This document shows, piece by piece, positions 1-10,300 of a DNA stretch of 64,000 nucleotides (its first letter is position 1; the number at the start of each line of letters is the position of its first letter). Under the pieces are notes generated by a model that searched no databases, was not told the origin of the DNA, and worked only from the letters and a program-made list of their open reading frames with translations. A program made the position numbers and the translations under genes. This DNA comes from a virus (taxonomy: Duplodnaviria > Caudoviricetes), in the IMG/VR virus record IMGVR_UViG_3300025011_000016; one strand, given 5' to 3'.

Positions 1-339
1 TTGAATTTATTATATGTGGGTAAAACAACAAAGGAAATTATAGAAAGACTTGATCTTCCGAAAAAAAATAAATTTAAAAGTTTAATCGACAATATAAGAC
101 GACGAAATATGGAGAGGATGATAATAAATATTAGATGAAGGCCCAACGACTATTGAAAGATATGTTTTCCGTTCAACATATTAAGTAATGTAGATATACA
201 AGTCAATTAATGGTATATCGAAATATGAGGCAATCCCTTTAAATATAAGGGTTTGAAGATATAGTCTGGTATCCTATAGAAATATAGGGAAGTTCATAAT
301 AGAACTGCATTATCTGACGAATAGTGTGAACATATCTCG
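1..339 (+). mobile_element. Group I intron, 3' part (portal intron A), with C-terminal end of an intron-encoded ORF (1..138)
   Basis: R/P7 element CAACGACTA near 145, S element GAAGATATAGTC near 255, shared P9 motif GGGAAGTTCATAATAGAACTG, ends ...GAACATATCTCG at G339. The frame-1 ORF tail resembles the C-terminus of the HNH in the terminase intron. Confidence 0.8.
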
Positions 340-1134
340 TATTATGAATTTCATTAACGAAGCAGATCGAGAAATCCATGTCTGCATATACAGTGATGTA
401 TATTAAAAAACTATTTTAATTGTCGGGGATCTCCTTAATGCTTTATTTAATAAAGATTGGACAATCCGCAGCCAAGATTCTATTTAATAGAATAAGGTTC
501 AACGACTATCGAAAGCTTTTAATTAAGTTAGTAGAGTAGATTACATATTGATGGTAATCGAAGTGGAGAGCTCCAATATTAAAATTAATTAATTTTAATA
601 TTGGATGAAGATATAGTCTAGTATCCTAATGTAAATTAGGGAAGTTCATAAGAGAACTGCATGTGAGTTATGACATATGTGAATATATCGTATGCCAAAA
701 CCCTAGTCATGGCAAATGCTAAGTTTGTCGGTCGAGTTATAACACATCAGGGATCATTTAATGGATCAGTTACTGAATTCTATAAGAAACTAATGGGATT
801 TGCAACTGAAATACCTGAGAATTTAATCGATGAATTTGAATATATATTTGCTGCACCGAAAACATTAACTAATACTAATCTAACTGATCTTATATCTAAT
901 GCTGAACAAACTGCTACATTTATTGTGAAATCATTAACTGGTGATAATTCATCCCCTAGTGATGATGATAACTTATTAAAAGATTTGTTATTTAATAAAA
1001 TCTCTAGAGAATTCCTACCAATGATTCCATGGAGTACTGCTGATACAATATTAGAGGAGTGTAAGATAGAATTGGAGAAGTTGAAAGCTGAAAAGAAAAT
1101 GACTACTCCTGAAGGTACTGAAGACGTACAATAA
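340..1134 (+). CDS. Portal protein, 3' exons (340..367 and 691..1134)
   Basis: Spliced reading IMNFINEAD|YAKTLVMANAKFVGRVITHQGSF aligns by eye with the T4 gp20-type C-terminal region (ELKFxKFIxxLQxxF). It sits directly beside the tube/sheath genes. Confidence 0.65.
368..690 (+). ncRNA. ORF-less group I intron (portal intron B, 323 nt)
   Basis: P1 exon GCAGAT pairs with IGS GTCTGC (U.G). Core motifs GGACAATCCGCAGCCAAG, GGTTCAACGACTA, GAAGATATAGTC. Omega-G at 690; frame restored. Confidence 0.9.
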
Positions 1135-1178
1135 AAAAATAAGTCTATGATGGTTAATTCCATCATAGACTTATTTTT
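1135..1178. terminator. Bidirectional hairpin terminator between convergent portal and tube genes
   Basis: 19-bp inverted repeat AAAAATAAGTCTATGATGG / CCATCATAGACTTATTTTT. Confidence 0.8.
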
Positions 1179-1183
1179 ATTAT

Positions 1184-2044
1184 TTAATCTTGAATATTTA
1201 TATTTTCAGAAATTGGCCAGTTTTTGATAACTGGCGCGGTGAGAGCCGCAATTTCAGTCGGAAGATAACCAGATTGTACACTGAGATAGTTTCTTAAAAT
1301 TAAGAACTTGCTTATCAGTGCCTTAGCAACATCATTGATTTGAGGCGATTCGTATTTAGTACAAGTAAATGGAACGTCAACTTGTACGACTGGGTGTGAT
1401 CCGGCCTCATAATTAAGGTGATCTTTCTTAACATTTTTTGGCATCATGTTAGAAAGTAAACATGCATATTCAATATTATCAGTCCGTCCAGTTGGGTCTG
1501 TCGTCACATAAATTGCTTCTGCTGAATGATTAGTCTGAGAATATGAGAGGCTATTGGCGGCAGTCGCCATATCCATCGCCCCATGGTAATGTGCAACACC
1601 AGTGTGGGGGTCTGAAATGCCAGTTATCCACATATCAGTATATTCTCTTACAGGAGAACCTGCAAACTCATATAGTTTTAATGTAATTTCATTTGTTTCA
1701 TCTTTGGCAGTTGTTGCAACGTCAAATGATTTCCCAGCATACCCGCCAGTAATTTGTTCAAAGTCTAAAGTAGTTCCTTGGATTCCATCGACTCCGACAA
1801 ATCCATATTCAAATAAATGCTTTATTCGCTTAGTTTTTTCAGGAAGAACTAGTTGCAAGAACGGTGGCATTTTCACGAAAAATATCCTAGAGTAACCGAC
1901 TTTTAATGGATCATACTGTGCTAAGCTTTTTGATGTTACATCCAATCCACCTAGAAATAATGAATAATCTCTCATATCTTTTTCATGAGTTTTAATACCA
2001 CTTTGTAACGTTCTAACGTCTGTAGTACCGTTCGGTCCTGCCAT
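1184..2044 (-). CDS. Tail tube protein (phiKZ/AR9 type)
   Basis: 286 aa directly downstream of the sheath; T4 gp19-like pattern (ITLKLYEFAGSPVREYTDMWITGISDPHTG); high-expression codon usage. Confidence 0.7.
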   Translation of the reverse strand: MAGPNGTTDVRTLQSGIKTHEKDMRDYSLFLGGLDVTSKSLAQYDPLKVGYSRIFFVKMPPFLQLVLPEKTKRIKHLFEYGFVGVDGIQGTTLDFEQITGGYAGKSFDVATTAKDETNEITLKLYEFAGSPVREYTDMWITGISDPHTGVAHYHGAMDMATAANSLSYSQTNHSAEAIYVTTDPTGRTDNIEYACLLSNMMPKNVKKDHLNYEAGSHPVVQVDVPFTCTKYESPQINDVAKALISKFLILRNYLSVQSGYLPTEIAALTAPVIKNWPISENINIQD

Positions 2045-2072
2045 TTTGACTCACTCCTTTACTGTTTATTTA

Positions 2073-4472
2073 CTATACTCGTTTGTTAATATCAATTTCA
2101 ACAATACCACGCTTGGCCATAGTTCGGAAAATAACACTTAGATAACAGTGAATAATACTCCTCTCTTCTTCCCAAGCACTCATATCAAAATATACTTGGG
2201 CGTCTCTACATTGCTTACCGCGGTAATTGCTAAATACTCTATCCGCAGCTTCAGTGAAGTTCTTACGATCTTCAGCTTCGGCGAACTGATATCTTTTAGA
2301 GGCTGTCATACTCTCGACGATACGTTTCATCTCAAGTAAAACATGCATATTATTTTCTTCAGATAGATCTGACCATATAAGTTGCGAAGTGCCTTGTGTA
2401 CCCCGAACAAATGTATTCTCGGCGATACATTCAAAGTAGTTAACTCGGGCCACATATAGTGCTTCTTTGATTTCAGCATCATCGGCGTCTACAATTGGTT
2501 TTAGACTACCTCGAATCCCACCAACCAGTTTACCGAACACATCACCAGCAAGAGGGACATGTTTCCCGACGGTTTTGAAGTGTACTGGTAATTGACCGGC
2601 TAGAAAGTAGGTTGTCGTCACGGGAATACTCTTACCGGTAAATGCATCTCGAATGTAATAATGTTGACATTCTTTAGAGAAGATTCTATCACCAAGACTA
2701 CCAAAAGAGGTCGCCCAATTGATAACCGATGTGTTGGTATTATGAAGCCCAGCATCAACAAATCCATATGCGTCATATCGTTTTAACATTAAACCAACTA
2801 ATGCTCGTTTAACCTCATCAGAATAACACGCATCTAATATTAACTCAGCCGGGGTTTGTCTTTTACTAAGGATTTTAGGATCTGTAGTGCCTTCGAATGC
2901 AGCGATATATGCAGCATCGATTGCAGTTTCTCTCTCAGCCAATGTAGCCACATCGTATGTGAAAGATCCGTCGTCCCCACCACTCAACAATAGACCTTCA
3001 ACGTTGTCGAGGGAGACTGAATTAACACCAGCCGTGAACTCGATGGTCGGTATTACTACTCCAGCAGGCGTTAGACCTGTAATGACATCAAACGTTGCCA
3101 TTGTGATTGTAGTAGTCGGATCGACTGATGTTTTGTATAGTGTTAGTAGATCATTGAACGACGTCTCGCAGACATACATCCCCATTTTAGTACTACCAGT
3201 GTCTGGATCACTTATAACATCATTCATGAACAGAGATGTCACAGCGCTATCAACTGCATCGGGGAAGAATGATCCTGAGAAAATTTCTTTTCGGTGAATT
3301 CCGCCAACACTGTCAAGAACTTCAATCCTAAAATTTTTATAACCATTATCTTTGTCCATTTGTAAGTCAGAGCTTAAGCGAATTCGTAGATCGTTACCAT
3401 ACAATCCTCGGCCTAAAACATATGTGCCGAATAATGGATAAGTTTTAAATCCATCACTATCGGCCACTGTAGTTGCCATTGCATCCACAAGGGTAGAGAA
3501 GTCGGTTTTATCAGCGAAATCTGGAATAAAGACGGACTCATGTTTAATCACCAATTGAGTATTCGCAGGGATTACTGGTGCGGTATCCACTGTTAATTCA
3601 GCAAAAACGACTTCAGTGGCATCTTTGTACGCGGATAACTTAAAGGTATACCCGGTATCAGGAGTCAGCCCTGTCATTGTTCCAGTGAAAACTCCTGTTG
3701 AAATATCCACTGTCGTGGGCGAATATAAAGATCCAGCCGTACTCAATTTTTTATAAAGTCTGAACGCCACTCCAACTTGAGCAGTAGTTAACTTCCAATT
3801 AAATACAACACTAGTGGTTGTTATTGCTCCAGTGCTAAATGCATTTAATACATCTTCTGTAACAATATCCGAATTATATGTTATAACTGTTTTTTCACTA
3901 GGTGCTGATAAAATAACCCCATTTTTTCCAATTATATGATAAGTATGAGTACCTGTTGCAATAGTTGTTAAGTCATACGTGGTGACGACTCCGACTGATG
4001 CAATCTTGGTAACTCCTTCATATATGTCATAACCAGTTGCTCCGACCACAGCCGACCATGTGAATGTGAATTTAGCTGCATCTAAAACTACTTTGAAATC
4101 AGTAGGTGTTAATGGGTCCACTTCCACCACCTTAGCTTTTGCCAATACTACAACATTTGCATAGGTAGCATCATCGGGCATAACCCTCATACACCACGCT
4201 TTAGCTTGAGCCGTCAAAAGGGCGGTATATGGCATATATCCAGACTGACCGAACAATTTATAATTGGGATTACCATACTCTTCCAAATATTTGGAAGATA
4301 CATCAAAAGGCAACAACACTCCATCTCGTCCTTTAGACGAAGTTAGTGCACAAATAAATCTTACACCATCTTGAGGTGGACTAACTACTTCTTCAAAAAC
4401 GGTATTATCGTTAATGAAAGTTTCAGTATGGGGATGTAAATATGATGGTACGATTTGTCCTGTTATCGGCAT
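2073..4472 (-). CDS. Contractile tail sheath protein with inserted FN3-like domains
   Basis: 799 aa; N-term PSYLHPHTETFIND, C-term sheath fold motifs (LLSGGDDG, NNMHVLLEMKR, IVEIDINKRV); late promoter at 4505..4516. Confidence 0.85.
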   Translation of the reverse strand: MPITGQIVPSYLHPHTETFINDNTVFEEVVSPPQDGVRFICALTSSKGRDGVLLPFDVSSKYLEEYGNPNYKLFGQSGYMPYTALLTAQAKAWCMRVMPDDATYANVVVLAKAKVVEVDPLTPTDFKVVLDAAKFTFTWSAVVGATGYDIYEGVTKIASVGVVTTYDLTTIATGTHTYHIIGKNGVILSAPSEKTVITYNSDIVTEDVLNAFSTGAITTTSVVFNWKLTTAQVGVAFRLYKKLSTAGSLYSPTTVDISTGVFTGTMTGLTPDTGYTFKLSAYKDATEVVFAELTVDTAPVIPANTQLVIKHESVFIPDFADKTDFSTLVDAMATTVADSDGFKTYPLFGTYVLGRGLYGNDLRIRLSSDLQMDKDNGYKNFRIEVLDSVGGIHRKEIFSGSFFPDAVDSAVTSLFMNDVISDPDTGSTKMGMYVCETSFNDLLTLYKTSVDPTTTITMATFDVITGLTPAGVVIPTIEFTAGVNSVSLDNVEGLLLSGGDDGSFTYDVATLAERETAIDAAYIAAFEGTTDPKILSKRQTPAELILDACYSDEVKRALVGLMLKRYDAYGFVDAGLHNTNTSVINWATSFGSLGDRIFSKECQHYYIRDAFTGKSIPVTTTYFLAGQLPVHFKTVGKHVPLAGDVFGKLVGGIRGSLKPIVDADDAEIKEALYVARVNYFECIAENTFVRGTQGTSQLIWSDLSEENNMHVLLEMKRIVESMTASKRYQFAEAEDRKNFTEAADRVFSNYRGKQCRDAQVYFDMSAWEEERSIIHCYLSVIFRTMAKRGIVEIDINKRV

Positions 4473-4504
4473 AATATCTCAACCTCCTTAATTGATTTAT
4501 TTTT

Positions 4505-4516
4505 TATTTAAATGTT
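4505..4516 (-). promoter_or_regulatory. AR9-type late promoter AACA-N6-TA (sheath/tube)
   Basis: Minus strand AACATTTAAATA; identical copies precede the major capsid gene and the gene at 50585. Confidence 0.75.
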
Positions 4517-4527
4517 CTTTTATATAC

Positions 4528-5259
4528 TTACATCTTTATTATTTTTTCGATAGGAGATTCAGTTTCTTGTTTATTATAGTTCTTTATGTTCAGAGATGTA
4601 GTAATCATAGAATCTAGATCTTCGAAAGTTAAAGCAGCGAATGTTGAGTTTCTTGCACAAATTTCTCGTATATTCGCTGTTCTATATCCATATGGTGAAA
4701 CTGCAGGATCTTTACCTATTACTTTAGCAAAAGTTTGTTCAGGTTTTTTCTTATCACGGTAAATCTCAGCAATGATAAGTTCAAGAACAGTAGATGTTAC
4801 CTCTATCTTAACCCCATTAAGACTTAGGTTCTTTTGCCAAATACTTAATATTGATCCATATGGAATTGTTTTAGGTATCTTCCCCCTAAATAAGAAATCG
4901 ATAAATAATTCAACATTAGTTGCATCTTGTGCTATATTACTAGCCATTATCTTATTACCTTTATAAAATTTAGCTACATAATAAGACTCAACTTCACCAT
5001 CATCTACAAGTTGTATATCTTTTTTTTCACTTTCTGTTGGATAGATATATATCATTGATGGAATATTAAATGTCTCTAATTTCATAGGTGCACCTTTATT
5101 TGAAAATACTCTGGCATTAAATATCCCAAATACATTTATAGCAGACCCATAATTTTCAGCAAATTTAGACTCGAAGTAAAATGCTGGTATATAGAATTCT
5201 AAATAATCTCCAATGAAAATCATATTCACTCCGTCGTTTTTAATAACATCTTTTAACAA
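4528..5259 (-). CDS. Small beta'-C-terminal-like RNA polymerase subunit (probable virion RNAP)
   Basis: STFAALTFEDLDSMITTSLN...SPIEKII resembles beta' region H (SFLxAASFQETTRVLT). Size and position among structural genes fit the small vRNAP subunit of phiKZ-like phages. Confidence 0.6.
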   Translation of the reverse strand: MLKDVIKNDGVNMIFIGDYLEFYIPAFYFESKFAENYGSAINVFGIFNARVFSNKGAPMKLETFNIPSMIYIYPTESEKKDIQLVDDGEVESYYVAKFYKGNKIMASNIAQDATNVELFIDFLFRGKIPKTIPYGSILSIWQKNLSLNGVKIEVTSTVLELIIAEIYRDKKKPEQTFAKVIGKDPAVSPYGYRTANIREICARNSTFAALTFEDLDSMITTSLNIKNYNKQETESPIEKIIKM

Positions 5260-5361
5260 TTATATCACCCCCTATAAATTAGCAAAAAAAACATATGGAT
5301 AAAGGCTTAGTGCCTTTATCCATATGTTTTTGTTATTAATAGGAAGTAGGTATAGTTAAAT

Positions 5362-6381
5362 TTAATCTTTATAAAATAGATCAAGAACTCTTTGAATTGA
5401 TTTAATGAAAACATCTTTTGTTTCGATATTTGTAAAATTATCGGAAAAAAGGCTTTTCAAATAAACTGTAAATTGAGTTAGAAAAATACCATCAGTTAAT
5501 CTAGTAGCAGAATCTGTTCTATATGCGAAATATTTAATTACTGCAAATAGAAAAAGATTCGGGTATTGATGATATTTCTCCGGAAGATGTTTTAGTTCAA
5601 GTCCATCAAAACGAGTCAGATCAATTTTTATATTTAATTTTTTCATCGTTTTCATATATTTTTCATACATTCTTTCAGCATGTGATGAATAGTCACGTAT
5701 CGTATTCATTGTACTGAATTTAGTATAATGATTAAATAATGTATTTAAGTGCAATGCATCGTCAAAACTTTCTATACTACATTTAAATTTATTTTTACTC
5801 TCTTCAGTATCGGCATTATCGAAATCAGTTACAAGCTTTTGTCTGATAAATGCAGATAAATCACCGAATTGGGTTAATAAGTTATTTAATTCAGATTCAT
5901 TCTTTGCCATCTCACTCTCCATCATAACGAGACTCTCATCAATTTGAGCAACAGCAATACTGCTTTCTTTCTTATAAATAAGAAAGTCTCGTTTAAATTC
6001 AAAAGCCCTATGATCATTCTCCATCTCAATATCTAAAACTATCGGTTCACCATTCATTGTATATATTAGGTCAATATCATAGGGTGTTAATAATTTAATT
6101 TGTTTTACTGTTAATCTTGATATGGCTCGATCAAGATGATCCGACATCTCATCATTGTTAAGGACATTAACCTGTTTACCGATAATTTCCTCCCGCATGT
6201 CTCTCATATCATCAACATGTTGTTTCATGCCTAATAAATGAAAGGCACTAGTTGTATCAATAATAGGGGTTGGCACTTCCATAGATGGACTCGCTGGAGT
6301 ATATAATGTTTCAATTTCACCATCGGTCATTATGTCACGTACAAAACTACCCTCATCTATTAAATTAATCAATTCACCCAT
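5362..6381 (-). CDS. Hypothetical protein (339 aa), probably virion-associated
   Basis: Long ORF with GAGGGG RBS in the structural block. Confidence 0.6.
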   Translation of the reverse strand: MGELINLIDEGSFVRDIMTDGEIETLYTPASPSMEVPTPIIDTTSAFHLLGMKQHVDDMRDMREEIIGKQVNVLNNDEMSDHLDRAISRLTVKQIKLLTPYDIDLIYTMNGEPIVLDIEMENDHRAFEFKRDFLIYKKESSIAVAQIDESLVMMESEMAKNESELNNLLTQFGDLSAFIRQKLVTDFDNADTEESKNKFKCSIESFDDALHLNTLFNHYTKFSTMNTIRDYSSHAERMYEKYMKTMKKLNIKIDLTRFDGLELKHLPEKYHQYPNLFLFAVIKYFAYRTDSATRLTDGIFLTQFTVYLKSLFSDNFTNIETKDVFIKSIQRVLDLFYKD

Positions 6382-6441
6382 TTAATTAATCCCCTCTCTT
6401 ATCCCCACACTACTTTAATTGATTGTAATACATATTAGATT

Positions 6442-7194
6442 CTATAAACCTTTTTTTATAAACTTTAGCTTAATATCAGTTTGAATCTCATCCATAACAT
6501 CATCATATTCATTAACTAACAAATTAAAATATGCTGTAACAAAATTACCTGTCATAATACCATTTGTAATTAATTGTTTAATTATACTACCTTCATAGCA
6601 TTCATCATCTGTAACATATTCCATAAAGTCTAGTGCATCAATATCCAAATTAATTATATGCTTTATTATACTTGGTAAATTTGATAATATAATGACATCA
6701 TCTTTATTCTTAACTTGTTTCCGTAATGATATTGACGTCACATCTTTCTTTTTAGGAACTTTATCCATCCTCTCTACTAGAATCTTCTTATTTCTAGTAA
6801 TATAGGTATAGATGTATTTACTAATATTTTTTTTATAACGTAATATCATAAAGTTATATAGTGCTTCTCCTACCGATATTACAAAATTATCAGATTCTTC
6901 TGAAGTATCTATATCTAAACCAAATTTATTATCTATTTCATTAATAACGAAATCAAAAAAGCTTCGTAATGCTGAATTGATATTAATTATAACCTCCATA
7001 TTAATATCTTGATATTGGTATTTAACGACATCACATTTTTCTGTAATTGTATTAACATAGTTAATATTAGTTGATAATGGGTCATTAATCTGATCCCTTA
7101 TATTTTCTTTCATCAAATCAAATGGTAGATCGGTTAATAAATTATCTATAACCAAATCACTACTTACTTCAAAATTTTCATTATCATAAAACAT
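6442..7194 (-). CDS. Hypothetical virion protein (250 aa)
   Basis: AGGAGG RBS; late promoter AACAAATTCATA at 7228..7239. Confidence 0.65.
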   Translation of the reverse strand: MFYDNENFEVSSDLVIDNLLTDLPFDLMKENIRDQINDPLSTNINYVNTITEKCDVVKYQYQDINMEVIININSALRSFFDFVINEIDNKFGLDIDTSEESDNFVISVGEALYNFMILRYKKNISKYIYTYITRNKKILVERMDKVPKKKDVTSISLRKQVKNKDDVIILSNLPSIIKHIINLDIDALDFMEYVTDDECYEGSIIKQLITNGIMTGNFVTAYFNLLVNEYDDVMDEIQTDIKLKFIKKGL

Positions 7195-7241
7195 TGCATA
7201 TTCCTCCTATTTTTAAACATTTCTACTTATGAATTTGTTAT

Positions 7242-7303
7242 ATTCATAATTAAAAGATATATAAGTAAGTTTAAACTTACTTATATATCTTTTAATTATG
7301 AAT
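7242..7303. terminator. 62-bp perfect palindrome at terminase 3' end
   Basis: ATTCATAATTAAAAGATATATAAGTAAGTTT|AAACTTACTTATATATCTTTTAATTATGAAT, no loop. Confidence 0.75.
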
Positions 7304-10300
7304 TGAGTTCATCGAAGAAATCCAATGGTATACCTGTTTCTGATGACATATCATCATCAAAATTTTCAACATAATTTTTTGGTGGAATTAACATATCACT
7401 ATGCTTCATTTCCCTACGAGCTTTTTGGATTTCTTCAATTAATTTTATATTATAATCGTCTTGAGTTTTAACACCAACATCTTTAAAATATCCCTTGCTA
7501 TCATCCGAGAGTTCTTCATATAGTTCATCATATGTTAACCCTTTATTACGTTTTTCTTCGTCGGGTATATCTCCCCTGACAAAACCGAATCTATGAAGAT
7601 TATTTCCATGATAGAATACATATAGAACTATTAGATATGACATTATTGAATCGTCATGAAAAGAAGTCCCTGCAGCTATTTTACCAGTTTTAGTTTTAAC
7701 TAGTCGTAATAGATCATCAATAATATTACAGGTAACAAATTTATCTTTAAATTCATTCACATGTCGTTCAAGTAAACTCCTGTCGTGTTAGTAGTATTCG
7801 TTAGATACCACGATAACTTAACCGTTTAGGTTCTTTGAACCGTCCGACCAACGGCGAAATCTTTATTTACGTTAGTTAATAAAGATAGTTTAAATGTATT
7901 ATAAATATTAATAGCCGCATTGTTATCTCTATCATCTATATGTCCACATTGTGGGCAATTAAAGACTCTTTGAGATAACTTCATTTTAGTTTTAACTTTA
8001 TGATTACAAACAGAGCATGTAATGGTACTATTCGGTTCTGCTAAAATATATTCACTACCATAAAAACGACATTTATATTTTAACACCTGCGTAAACGTAA
8101 AGGCTCCAACTCTATGAATACCCCTATTAATACGCTTAATACCATCAGACTCTGTTAATAAATCTTTAAAACTAAATTCATCAACTACTACGTTTCTATA
8201 GGTCTTGGCTAAGAATGTAGATACCTTCTGAATATAATCCATTCTAATATTCACTATTTTGGCGTGAATATCATTAAGCTTGGTTCTCGCTTTTATATAG
8301 TTCTTTGATGGATTACGTTTATCATATTTCTTCTTAGAAACTATTTCCGAAAGCTTATCAGTTTTCTTCTCTAGTTTCTTAATCTTCCCTTTCGGAAATT
8401 TAGGATTTATGATATCTTTTCCATCAAAACAAACTACTGGATTATGTATCCCTAGGTCTATACCTATAGTATTTTTCTCATGGTTATGACTTGGATTATC
8501 TATTTCATATGTGAATGATACATAATATTTAAAATTCTCCATACTAATACTCATTGTTTTCATCTCATGATGATATAAGAAGCTTATATCTTCATATGTT
8601 TTTAATTCCATATGCCCATATTCTCTATTAATAATAAAAGAGAATTTATTTTTATCGAGAATCTTAACAGCAGCTTGCTTAATATATATTCTAAAAGAAC
8701 CATTTCCATGAATCTTTCTTTTGAAATGTAGTTTACATCGCTGCTTATTTTTAATATCTTTAAAGAACTTATTAACGGCTAAGTTAACATCACTAACCGT
8801 TTCATTTTTTATAGACTTATTATATTCTCCAGTCCATTCAAATCCAGGTTCCTTTTCTTTCTTAGAATATATATGAGTAATAAAATCAAATTTATCAAAG
8901 AACTTCCTTAAATCTTTATCTACAATATTACCATTAAATTCTAGGATCTTATTAAAATACTCTAAAGTATTATTATATACAAATCGTCTATAACCAAAGC
9001 ATTTGTTTAAATATGTTACTTGTTCTTTAGTTGGTCGTATTCTTGTTTTAAAAGTCTTAATCAATTTTTATTCACCTCCTTTCTTATATTATTTGTTAAA
9101 GGTATAATATAATTGTATTAGGAATGAATTAGTAAGACTTACGGTTAAGTTATTCTCTAAGTTTCCTTAAAGCACAGACTATATCTTCACCCATTATAAT
9201 AATAATTATAATGGGGCCACCCATTTCGATTTAAGGGATTCTCACCCACTCACTTGAGCCCTACTCCTTTACGGATAGTCGTTGAACCTAAATCTATAAA
9301 TAGATCATTGGCTGCAGATTGTCCAATCTTAAACATTGTTACTTTGTTGTAGTTTAAGCACTAAGGAGTTTCCCGCAATTAAAGTAGTTTCAATTACATA
9401 TTACTATGCAACGTGACTCATACATGAATCATAACTTCTCTGGACTTATCTCCGGTCCAAACACCATATAGTTTTCGTCTAGCTGATTCTAATTTTAACA
9501 TACCTTCTGAGTCAAGTTTATCATCAAGTCCGGATGAAACAAGATCTTTATCATTATCAAAGTATAAATTAGAGCGTATATCTGTTAATTTTAAAGAATC
9601 CATTATGGCTTCACCATTAAAATTACGTTCTATACATAATATAGACTTAGGGATATGATGTTTGATAAGAGTAGTTATAAATTTAATAGTCTGAACTACA
9701 CCTATATATGGTGATTTAAATTCAGCAACAGGTTTTATAGTATATGGGTCAAATACCGTAACGGCAGTATTATCTTTACCATAACCATTAGAGGTATCAA
9801 CTCCAACGAAGTATATCCTATCTTTCTTCAAGGGTTCATATATATCTAATTTAAATAGTTTATTTATAAATATTTCTTCCTTAATTGGCTTCTTCATTTC
9901 TTCAATAGTGGCCAAATCTTCTGCGGGGAAAGGAGATTCGGATGAACCCCTCATTCTTTGAAGGAAGACCTCTCTTTTAATCTTTACTGGATTATTCAGT
10001 AAGATCTGACAGATACTTTTAAACCATATTTCATCTTTACCAAGTTGTTGATATTGGTATTCAATATAGACGATTCCACTTTCAGAATTAATTGCAATAT
10101 ATTCATCTAAATCTTCTTTAGTCCAATCATAAAACTTTTCAGTCCAACGACAAGTTGTAGCGATAATCTTTAATGCGTCCTGACCTGCTGAAGTATCTAA
10201 ATCTCCCGTTTATATTCATATGAATCGTTAATTCATATAGTCCATACGGACATCCCTAAGTTTCTTTAGGATACTAGACTATATCTTCATCTCTTAATAA

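Noticed and set aside
7776-7780. Alternative IStron 3' end at ACAGGAG (G7777)
   Set aside because: In frame too, but P9.0 pairing (TGT/ACA) and the in-frame empty-site reconstruction at 36968 both favour ACAG; not fully excluded.
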